From: Malacoraja senta | Lineage: Eukaryota | Direction of reading: 5' to 3' | DNA: 64,000 nt | Assembly: GCA_038087875.1 (NCBI GenBank) | Contig: CM075990.1 | Span: forward strand, 14,324,001 to 14,388,000 | Part shown: positions 51,101 through 63,100 of the stretch, one piece after another | Position numbering within the stretch: the first letter of the stretch is position 1 | Layout of the letters: the number at the start of each line of letters is the position of its first letter | The notes under the pieces: generated by a model | What the model was told of the DNA's origin: nothing | What the model saw: only the letters and a program-made list of their open reading frames with translations | Databases searched by the model: none | Made by a program: the position numbers and the translations under genes

Positions 51101-54100
51101 GAAGAACACTACCTCCTCTATCTATGCTTCTCATGATTTTATATGCTTCTATCAAATTACCCCTCATCCTTCAACACTCTGGAGAAAACAGTCCATGTAT
51201 GTCCAAACTATCTTTAAGCTAATGCATTACAATCCATGCAACGTCCCGATGATGCTCTTCTGCACCCTCTCCAAAGCCTCCACATCCTTTTTCACATGCC
51301 TGTGACTGGTATCTGAATCAAACCGTTTACTTTAACTTCAGTTGCAGGAAGAGATTATCAAGTGGGCAGAGGAAACAATTCACAGATTTGATGTCATCAT
51401 TGACTCGAGGAATGCCATGGCCCATGATTGCTCAAAAACAGAGAGAGAGCATTCAGGATGGCATTTGAAAACCTTAACTCCGTTTGCCAAAGTGCACAGA
51501 AGCTCGGAAGAAAATCAAAAACCTAGAAATCTAAAATACAAACAGAAAATGCTGGAAAGACTACGCAGATAAGGCCACGTCTATAAGAAAAGCAAATTCT
51601 CAAGTTGATGACCTTTCGTCAGACCTGAGAAGGGGAGAAAAGCTTGTTATGATGCAGAGTGGGGAAGGGTGATGTCCCGAATGGAGTTAAACTGGGATGA
51701 CAACGGCGATCTGCTGTAAAGAAGATTAATGAGTGAATGAGAGCAGTTAGAGAGTGAAAACATAGACAAAAGAATGTATGAGTTGTTAAAAGCAGAGGAG
51801 GAAGGCTAGCCCTGGTTTTGTTCTGGTGACATCTACCCCCATCTCCAGCCCATGCAGCTTAGTGAGCTACATTGACTCTGCTTCGCTCTGCAAAGATGCT
51901 CCTAATGTGTGGAACACTTCCACTATTCTCTGCATTTTAGCTAAGTAATAAAAAGGTGGAAGGAATTCACTAGTCAAGCACCTCCCCAATACAGATGGAT
52001 TCTACTGTGGTTTCATCAGGCAACTTGGAACCAACAGAAATGGTTAGTGACAGTACAAGAATTCATCCTCAACCCTAATGGACTACTTAAGAAGTGTATT
52101 CATGTATCAGTGCACTCTTCTGCAGAAATCCCCTCACTACCCATCAGTTATTCCATGTGTACATAGCTGTGCAGTGAATAATCCAATTATTTAATTATCA
52201 TTGTTTCTTCATACCTGACAGTTGCAGTAATAACATCGACAGTTGGCTTCATTTAAGGAAACTTTGTTTTGACATTTTAAGGCTGCTGAAATTGGTCATT
52301 TGGAAGAACAAATTATGGGTCTGCACAGTGAGATAGTGGAACTTCAGAGGAGCCCGTATGCGAGACGACAGGGAGACGTCATGGAAAACCTGTAAGAAAA
52401 ATAATTTATACTTGGTGTGACAGATTTCTTCATAATTGGCAGCTGTGTCTTCCCCGAAAAAATGTGTTAAGTAGTGGATGACAAGGAATGCAGCATTTTA
52501 ACATGCGGCCAACAATCTTCAATCTGCAGAAAATTTACAAAGAAAACTGGTCTGGGTTAAATGGCAAACCGTTCATTAAAGCATAAAATAGAGCATCTTT
52601 CTGTACAATTTTTTTGCATTTAATATATCACTATTTTCCATTCAGAAGTGTGACAGTGGTGATGAGGTACATAATTCAAAAGTGAAAATAGTAAAAATAA
52701 TAATTGTTTCCGTTGCCACCACAGTAGTGGAAGAATGCATATGTGATATAATGGACACGTTATCAAATGAAGTTGGAGATATATTTTAAAAAGTTACCCT
52801 AAAGTGTGAACCAAAATGGGTTGAAATGGTCTGCAATTCTTAGATACCGATATACGAGTGTTTCTTCAATGATTCCAACCGTTCCCTTGTGGCTAAATTC
52901 TGGGACTTTTCCCTGCCCTTTCCATCAACCTTTATATCCCTCATCATTCCATTCTGTGTAAATTTGAGGTGCAGGATTTGCACTTCCACCCTGGACCAAG
53001 ATCATAAGTGTCAGCCACAGGAGAAAGTAACATTTGGGACATGTTGCAGATATAAAACTGTACAAGGCAAAGGATCTGTGCTCAGAGAGAAAAATTATGA
53101 GCGTGGGAAGGATAATCCAATATAAAGTGATGAAAGGATGTGTGCATGCCATCCCCAACACATTAATGTTCACCTGGCTTTGGCAAGGACGTATTCTGTC
53201 ATGGTCACTCATTCTCTTAGTGTGTACCTCATGAAGCTACTTCCCCTGTTGTGTCACCACAAAGACTTCTAAACCATGAAGGAGACTGCTTAGGTGCACG
53301 AGTGACCATAGTTAATCCAATTTTCTGTTCGATTACAGTTGTTCGATCATGATCAGAGTGAGAATGTTGTTGTTTTTTATTTTTTTGGAGCTCTGGACCC
53401 AAGGCCAATAATATAATAATACAACAATAATCACAGACGTTTTCTTTAAGTAAAATATGGGGGTGATATTAATGTGGAATATAATTGGAAAAGGTTTTTC
53501 ATTGTTGTACACTTACCTTTTTGCCTCTCTGATAGGGAAAACATTGATTTCTCATATCTATTTTTTCATATTCTGCATCAGTGGAATTGTTCTGCAGATT
53601 TTAAGCTATTATTTATATTGGACTTTTATCACCAAATATTTTGTCACTTATGAGCTTTCCTCATAACCTTTTTGACGTTGTTACTCAATCACTGTAAAGA
53701 AGGTGTAATCACATTGAGTACCACAGAATCATGAGGCACTTGCTGTTTCTGAGTAGGAAAAATATCCAATTCCGTTTAGAACAAGTGAATCTGTCATTGT
53801 CCAGTTGTGTTAATAGATGCAGGACTGGCATTTGAGAATAGAGCTATGGGAAGTACTTTACTGTTGAGCAAGCAAGACTGTAAGATATATTTCTAAACTT
53901 GAAGGAAAGTGTATTGTGCAGCTGAACACAAAGCAGTAATCTAGTTCTGAGCTTTCACAGGGACAAATGCTTTAACACTGCGCTAGGATTGAATAAGTCC
54001 CAGAAAAATCTATAACTATGCTTTCAGCAGAATAGACCAATCATCCACACGTTTAGATTAATTTATGAAAGGAATTATTTATGGCAAGTATTGGTCTTCA

Positions 54101-57100
54101 ACAGACATAACAATTCATTAGATTGATTTTCAAGCATGTTAGTGTAATAAATCATTTTACTAATCATAATTTTCCTTTCTAGTGAACAGAAAGCTATTGA
54201 TTTATACAGAAAGCTCAAGGGAAAACGAAAAGGTATTGTGCTTATTTTTAACTCTGTAGTTGGCATTTTAGCTTCTATCTTTATGAACACAGTGTTAAAG
54301 TGCGTGAAATAAGTCTTAAACTTTTTAATTAGGTTTGTCTATCCGTAAACAACAAGAACTAGTTCACGATTTTAAAACTAATTTTGAGTTCATTGCAGAA
54401 AGCAGATGATTTTTTTTTTTAAATTTGTATTGTCCTATCTTTTATGAATTTAGTGGACCATTTGTAAAGGCCTGAATTAACGTGCAAGAGCTGTATTGCA
54501 AACAAAAACAGTATGTAAGGTTGAGGAGCTGTACTAATGCAGAATAGGTAATGAGAATGAGAGGTATAGAGTTATACAGCATTGAAGCAAGGCCTTCAGC
54601 TCAACTTGTCCATGCTGACCAAGATTCCCCATCCGAACTGGTCCCATTTCCCTGCATTTGGCCCATATACCTCTAAACATATCCATGTCTTTTAAGTGTA
54701 TTATAGTACTTGCCTCAATTACCTCCTCTGGCAGCTCATTCCATGTTTAGGTTCACAGCTGGCACATAGCTGAACTGAAAAATAAAAATTTGAAACATCT
54801 CCACATTTCCATATGATGCCAAGCCAACTAATAGAATGGTTTTAGTTGTCATGGTTTCTTGATATCTATTTTTAGATAAATGAATTTCAGTGTAATTGGT
54901 TGGAATTTTGTAGGTGGTGATTGCTGTTGACGTGTAGATCTAAGATCAAATTCAGAATTACACCTTGATATCACACAGATTCCAGCTTCTTTGTACAATA
55001 CTCAGTTGTAATCTTCGGAAAGATTGATCAAAGTCATGTGAAAAAATAATCAGTGAGGAGAAAGAAAATTGAGTGGGAGGAGCAGAGGGATTTCAAATAC
55101 TCTGAAGTGCTGGCATATCCTTTCTGTAAGTGAATGCTGAGAAATTCCCCCCCCCCCCCACCCCATTTCAGTTGATATAGATATGCAGGATGAAGCAGGC
55201 AGAATAATGGGATATCATTTGGTTTGGCTGCCACATTAATATTTTCCAACTGATTCTTAATGTTTCCAGCGAGAGCGTAATGATGCTTAGAAAAGCCGGG
55301 AGGGAGTGGAAGATTGGAGTGTATCTGTTGTCCAGTCAAGCAGCTGATAAGATCACTTCAATAAATATTTTTTGTGTCTGCTTGCATTCTACATATCTCC
55401 CATCATCTGGTTCATGAATGCAAATGCAGACATCACTATAACAATGTCCAGGCTTGCACGCCTCTGGTGGCATCTTATTCTTCAGCACATTGATCACGAA
55501 CTTTTCATTTAAGAGACGGTGCATCCAATCAATAACATCTATGGCAGTGGGACTAGCGTATCTTTGGCCTGTTAGCAAGCTTGTTAAGAGGCAATTTACT
55601 TTTTCTTTTAGTGTTTGCAAAGCAAATAATCTTCGGTATTTGTCGTGTGGAAAGCCCATGATTTGACTGTTAATAGATAGCAACAATCTAATTTCTATCA
55701 ATACTATTGAGTAGATGTGCTCCAGTGCATCTGACCTTTGGGGATATTTCAGTGCAAACTCCAATGGAAAGTGGTGGAAATGGAATTATTTCACAAATAA
55801 TTGATTTGCCGGTCGCTTCTGTTGTTGTTGCAAGTTCTTTAATGTTCGCCTAGAAAATACCTTTTCCAAGTGAAGGAGTGAAAAATTAGCACACAAAAAA
55901 AGCACACAAAAAAACTGCAGATGTTGGAAGTGAGAAATAAAAACAGCAACATGTTATAAATACTCAGCAGGTCAAGCAGCATTTGAGGGGAGAGATACAG
56001 ACCTTAAAAAATGACTATATCATTTAAAGAATATATTTTGTTTTAAGACTCACATCAATATGGAGACAGTACAGAGATGGTGAAGATCATTGTACAAACA
56101 GTACAGAATCAAGATCGTGTGCTTAAGGAGCTCTACACCCATCTCAGGTATAAACACTCAATTTGATAGGGATTTATAAATCGTTTAAAAAAGTTAAAAT
56201 ATCTTTATATCATGTATAATAAAGTTAATTTAAAATTTATTTTGGGAAGGGAAATAAGCAAGATTTGGTACTCACAGTTCATTGAATAGTACCTTGCTAT
56301 TCATAGTCATAGAGCTCTATTCGTAGAGTCATGGCACTTCAGTCCATGTTATCCATGCTAATCAAGATACTATACTGGTTCAGTCCCATTTTCCTGTATG
56401 CGGCCCTCAGCTCTCTAAACCCCTCATATTCATCTCTGTTCAAATGTATTTTAAAAGTCCACTTCTATAGGTTCCTCTGGAAGGTCAACCCAGATACAGA
56501 CTGCCCTCTGAGTGAAAACGTTGCCCCTGAGGTCCATCTTAAATCCCTCCCCTCTCACCTTAAGCCCATGCCCTTTACTTTTACAACTGTGAGTGTTGAC
56601 TTTATTCGCTGTGTCACCATGCTCATTCTTTTCATCTGGTTCAGTTAGGCCATCTTTCTGAAGGGTTCATCGCAATTCATTACCTTAGGGTAAGGAAGTA
56701 CGAAAATCAACCAGGCTTCATGGTCTGATTTCGAACATCGATACCTGAAGGTTGTATTCATGTTGCATTTGTGTAAGGAAAAGTTTGGCTCTGATAATTA
56801 TGCCCCTCCTAATCAACATTACCATTCAATGTAGTCTTGCATGTGAATAATAAATGATTAATGGTAATAGGTATTTGATAGCTAAAATATTTGGTTGTAC
56901 AGTATTGTTCACTGCCTTACATTAATGCTGTAGGTTGATGGATCAACTGTATTGGCCATTTTAACTTTACTTTCTTGATTAATTAACGTTTGTAAATATT
57001 TCTTCAAAGGTCACTGCTTGTTAAGTTGAGAGTTGAAATGTCTGGGACTAAATGTCCCACATTTCCATAATTCTTTGGCTGAAGCTGATTCATGATACAA

Positions 57101-60100
57101 TCCTGCCCAGGTTATGGAAATTCAACTTTATGCAAATTCTCCCATAGAACTCTAAATTCAAACAATGCTTCTGTGAAAACAAACCTTGATCATGGATGTT
57201 TGTCTTCAAAGTTTAATATAACATTGAATAATTTATGTTGAAAGCATCTATGCGGGCAAATATCCAAGTGTTTAAACTGTGGCTTCATTAAAAAGAAATG
57301 TGTTGTTGGAATTTTATCGCCTCTGTTGGTGGTCTGGCTCTTTCATGACTGTATTTGTGGTAACTGGATGAAACCAAGTGAACTTCTATTATTTCTGTCA
57401 CCTACTTATTTTCCCTTACTGAAAAAATATTTGTTTCCTACTTATGGATAGTTTACCTTGGAGATATAGGATTGGAACATGCCCTTCGGCCACCAAGTCC
57501 ACACAGATCATTGATCACTCATTTGCACTATTTCCGTTATACCACTTTGCCATTCACTCCGTGCACAACTAGTCCAGTATCCAGAAGCCAATTCATCTAC
57601 AAACCCATACATCTTTAGGATGTGGGGGGAGACCGGAGCACCCAGAGGAAACCCACGCGGTCACAGGGAGAATGTGCAAACTCCACACAGACAGCACCCA
57701 AAAGGAACTAATTTACCGACAGTTCTCAGGAACGGAACCCTTGTGTAACACGGGGACTGCCTGTATTTAACTCCAAAGATGAAAATGTCCTACCATGTAC
57801 TGTGTATGTTTTTTCATGCTAGTGTGAAAAGGACATTAATAAATATTGAAATAAACTCAGAAGTTCTGTAAAATCTTGAAATGAATATCGTTATCTCAGA
57901 TGTACAAATCCCTTGCAGTTATTGTCATCCAAATCTGTTACTTCTGTTAGGTTAGGTAAGGGGGAGGTGCAGCGAGACCTGGGCGTCCTTGTACACCAGT
58001 CACTGAAAGTTGGCGTGCAGGTACAGCAGGCAGTGAAGAAAGCTAATGGAATGTTGGCCTTCATAACAAGAGGATTTCCTCCTGCACCTATTTTCTATGT
58101 TTCTATGTTACTTGCTGCATGTTAATGTCATCTTTATAAGCAATATAATATATTATCAGCAAGCTGCCTTGTTATCTTTGTCCCAATGTGCCTTCCTTTC
58201 TAAATCACAGTAAGCTGTTGGCCTGTAAGCAGAAGATCATTGATCTTTTCCCAAAGATTGAACAGGCGCTTGACAACATTAGAGAAAATGAAAAAATGTT
58301 GTTGAGATCGCAAGAGAAGAGGCAGAAAGAAATATGGTATTTGTTAAAAATTGCATGTGTAAGTACTACTTTTTCCCCAAAATTAACAATGCTGTGAAGT
58401 TAAATAAAAACTCTTTTAACACTTCGTATGCCAATTCCAGTAATCAGTCTTGTTTTTACGTGAGGAGACTTGATCGAAACATTATAAGATCTGGAAGAAT
58501 CTTGACAGGGTTAACGTTTTGAGGATGTTTTCTATTCTGGGACATTCTAGAACCAAGAGTTAATGTTTAAAAATAAGAGGTGTCCATTTAAAACCAACAT
58601 GAGGTGCGTTTTTTTTTTTTTTTTTTTTTTTTTTCTTCCACCTCCTTTTTTTTCTCTTTCAGAAGCTTTGAAACTTCCAGTGCCGGGTGGCGAGTCTTTT
58701 AGTATTTTTGAAGACTAGTGAAAAGATCTTTGCCGACTAAGGGAGTAAAAGGTCACTGTAGAGAAGGCAGGAATGTAGGGTAGAAGTTATATCAGAAAAT
58801 ATATTATCTGTTAAGTGGTGAAATTGTTAAATAAGGAGCCAAGTACACCGCTACTGCCAATCTACTTTAAGTAAATACTTTATCTCTTGTGTCATGTTAA
58901 AAATCCTCTTGAATTATAAGAGAACTAACAATTCATATGTGTGAGTATGAAAATTTGAGACTTTTTTAACTATTTAAAATATTTTTTAAATCTTGTTTAT
59001 GATTTTTATGTAAATCTTGTCTTACTTATCTACTGAAAAATTAACAGATTATGAAAATTGTTTCCATTGATAAAATTCATTTCCAAGTAGGAGCTGAACA
59101 GTTCACTGTGTCCTAAACAGCTAAAACATGATCTGTTTGTTAAGCACGTTTGTGGTCTGGAGGCTTTTCCCTTTGCAATGGGACGTTGAATGAGCATGAG
59201 ATGTTGAAAACTGAAATTCCAGCAAACTCCCTCGTCCTCACTCTGAATAGAGAATTCTTATTATTTGTTTCAATCATCCTGCTTTCTTGATTTAAAATTG
59301 GAAAAAAACTCATTGATTAAACATTTAATGATCCTTTGGAATTTCATTTCTTTCAGAGCACGGCTCGAGGGCCTGAAAGTGCCAGTCTCGAGTCGTCAGG
59401 TTCACCCCATGGTTTAGGGTGGGCACAACAGGCCCAAACTTTAACACCACAAAATACTTTGCCGAACCCGTTGTCCTCTATTTCCTTGTTGAAGAACAGG
59501 TATGAACTATTTGGATGTTGCCCAGTCTTCTCTTGTTAAATATTTACAGTTACAATTTTTATTAAAAGATTATATTTGATTGTGCAAAATCAGCTAATAT
59601 ATACAAAGAAAATGATATAAATGTGGAAAGTATAGTTCTGGCAATACAGCTATGTTTTAATGTACACAGTGTTAGCTCTATGCATGGTCAGAACTCAGGT
59701 TTTGGTTCAGCTACTGATTTACCCTGTTAGACATATTTTAAATTGTGTTAACTCAAATGGATGAAATGAAAAATGTGATTATGCTTCTGGCACACACAGA
59801 TATCATTTATTGGGAACAGATATATTAAGTATGAAGGCAGTGCTGAGTTCAAGGAAAGCTTTGCAAGCAGAAAATAAGCTTTTGCCTGGGTATGGATTTA
59901 TAAGCAAAAGCAGCAGGGCATTGGCAGCATACTGTACATACAGGATTGGCCTAGGGTTGTGACCAGAAGGTTGTGACAAACAGCTCTTTTTTTTTAGACT
60001 GTGAAATTTACTGCAACATTTCTTTAGCTTTAACATCAGATCACAGCTATTTTAGTTGACTTGTACAGCATGGAAACATGTCCTTTGGCCCATCAAACCC

Positions 60101-63100
60101 AGCCATCGATCTCCCGTTCACGCTGGTTCCATGTTATCCCACTTTCTCATCCACTCCTTACAAACAAAGGGCAATTTACAGAGGGCAATTAACCTAGAAA
60201 TCCACACGTCCTTGGGATGTGGGAGGAAACCAGAGAAACCACCTGGAGGAAATCCATGTGATCACATGTAGAACGTGCAAACTCCACACAAACAGCTGCT
60301 GGTGTCTGGCGCTGTGAGGCAGCAGCTCTATCAACTGCATCATTGTGCCATTTTGGATGTAGATTAGTGACGTGGATTTCTAGATAAAGGTTCAGTCAAT
60401 ATGGATCTTGGTGACAAAAGATTTGTACATGCTCCAACCATTTTAACTTCCAGTCAATGATTAAATGCTACAGATGGTTGCCAAGGATATGTAAAGGTTC
60501 CCATGGGAACATTAATGTGTCATTATGTGGATCTGCCTGACTTTCAAAGACACTGCCTGCTTCACTCTTCATTGCTGGGTTTCATCACACTGTATTTGAT
60601 GCAGCAGAGAGACATGTGAAATGTGATTTTGTAGAATAATGAGCCCACGCCTTGCATGTCTTGGGATGTGTGGATGAGTCGGGTATGCGTGTTCCCGGGA
60701 GAGTCCAAAACCAGGGGCCACAGTTTAAGAATAAGGCGTAGGCCATTTAGAACGGAGATGAGGAAAATCTTTTTCACCCAGAGAGTTGTGAATCTGTGGA
60801 ATTCTCTGCCTCCGAAGACAGTGGAGGCCAATTATCTGGAGGCTTTCAAGAGAGAGTTAGAGCTCTTAAAGATAGCGGAGTCAAGGGATATGGGGAGAAG
60901 GCAGGATCGGGGTACTGATTGTGGATGATCAGCAATGGCTTACTATTGTCTAAAACCCGGTCTTTTGTTGGTGATACGAACGGACGCCTCGGTTATAACA
61001 GACTTTGTCCAACATAACAGACATCTGTTATAAAAAAAAGTCTGTAATAACTGGATTAGTGTTCTGAGAACCTGACATAGACTTGATGGGCTGTTGTGTT
61101 CTATTCCCATTTTCTTCATTCATCTATCCTGCCTTTCAGCGAATCATCCATGACTGTAATTGAAGAAAACCAGAGTTTCTGCAGCCAGTTGCACAGTCTG
61201 ATGCAGGAAACTCTATCAGACCAGAAATACAGCATGTCGGTAAGAATGATTCAGTATTTTAATTGTGACGTTTTCAGCTATTTAGCGGGTCTTGTTGTTT
61301 TTAGAAGAAACTGACCTATTCTCCTGTTAAGACTCATGACAATGTAGCCGTTATATTTTGTTTCCTCAAAACACATCCTGAGGAATCTGAGGGTTCGTTT
61401 TTTTTACACAATGAATGGCTGATATCTGATATCCAGAGGAAGTGATGGAATCAGATGCAATTACATATTTTGAGGCATTTAAAATAAACAAGCTCCTGAA
61501 GGATATGGTGTGTGTGCCTTCATTGGCCTGAGCATTGAGTATAAGAGTCAGGAAGTCATGATGTAACTTTATAGGACATCGCTTCAGTGCATTTGGAATA
61601 TTGTGTACAATTCTGGACAACCCGTTACAGGAAGGATGTGGAAATGTGCAGGGCAAGTTATTTACACAGATGGTGGGGAATAACTGGAACATTTGGGTCT
61701 GATAGGAGCATTTGGGAAACTTCTAAATAGGCATATGGGTATCCAGGTATTGGAGAGATATGGATTATATGCAGGCAGATAACTTTTGGTCTTGACCTCG
61801 TGTTCGGCACTGATCCTGTGCCATACTGTTCAATAGTGATACAATGATACAATTTATTTGTTGTCATTTGAACCTAAGTTCAAACAAAATTTGGTTTCTG
61901 CAGTCATACAAACAAGTACACCAAGACCCAACACAATTTACACAAACATCCATCACAGCGAATCTCCTCCTCACTGTGATGGAAGGCAAAGTCTTATCTC
62001 TCCCCTGTACTCCCCATTCTCCTCCTGATGTCAAAGTCAAAGCCCCCGGTGGGCGATGGAAAATAAGTCCCGCGGCCATTAAAGCCGCGCCGGGTGATGT
62101 AAGGTGTAAGGCCCCGCTCCGGGTTATTTTCAACCCCGCAACTCGGGCGGGAGAAGTTGCCGTTGCGGGAGCTCCGAAAAGTGGTCTCCCACCAGGGACC
62201 CGCGAGCTCCCGGTGTCACCGTCCACCGGGCCGGCGGCTGGAGCCTCCGAATCTCCGGGATCGGACCGCAGCAGCGCGCCACCACAGCTCCTCCCGTTCC
62301 GAACTCGGCCAGCTCCACGATGGTAAGTAGTCCGCAGGCTCCGCGACTGGAGCCCCAGGTCGTTCCGGTTGAGGGCCACTCCACGGTGCTAGGCCCCAAC
62401 GACAACGGAGACCCGACAGGGAAAAGGTCGGGTCCTCCGTACAGCGAAAATATTTTTTAAGTTTCCCCACCCACCCCCCGCCCCCCCCCCCCCCCCACAC
62501 ATACCCAGTTAAAAAACACTATAAACTACGCTCAAACAAAACAACAACAAAAAAAAAGACAGACGGACTGCAGAGGCCGCTGCGGCGTTTATGTTCTAAT
62601 GCAGACAAATGGGGTTAGTGTAGATGGGCAGAAAGATCAGCATGGGGCATGGTAGGATAAGGCGGTTTTCTGATTCTTTGATTTTACATAGAAGGGCCCA
62701 TTGACATAATTAGCAAGATAGTAAAGCTGGTCAAGATAGTCAAGATAGATAAGCTCATCACCTGACCTTACCGATTGACCTTTATGGCAAGATTTCCTGC
62801 TGTGTTATTCCAAAAGTAACTGCTACAGCAAGTCATGGTGGCAATTTCTCTGTAAACCTTGCAGTAGAATTTTTTTTTGCCATTGAGCAGCTTTTGAAGA
62901 ATAGGTCTTGGCTATTACAGATCTTAACATTTTAATATAAAATAATACATTTCGCCTATAATATTAATATGTTACATTTCAGTATTAAATGATTCGAGTG
63001 ACAGTGTTTTTATATTGTAAACATTTTCAATCAATCGACGTAATGCATTTTGAAATTCATGACATTGCTGTGTGCAAACTGTTAAATGCAGAACATCTAG

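Noticed and set aside
55034..55764. Minus-strand ORFs of 101 and 142 aa in intron 16
   Set aside because: No recognisable motifs or splice support; consistent with chance ORFs.
61844..62500. Overlapping 90-170 aa ORFs in the last CHUK intron
   Set aside because: Stop-poor GC-rich retroelement with no recognisable domain.
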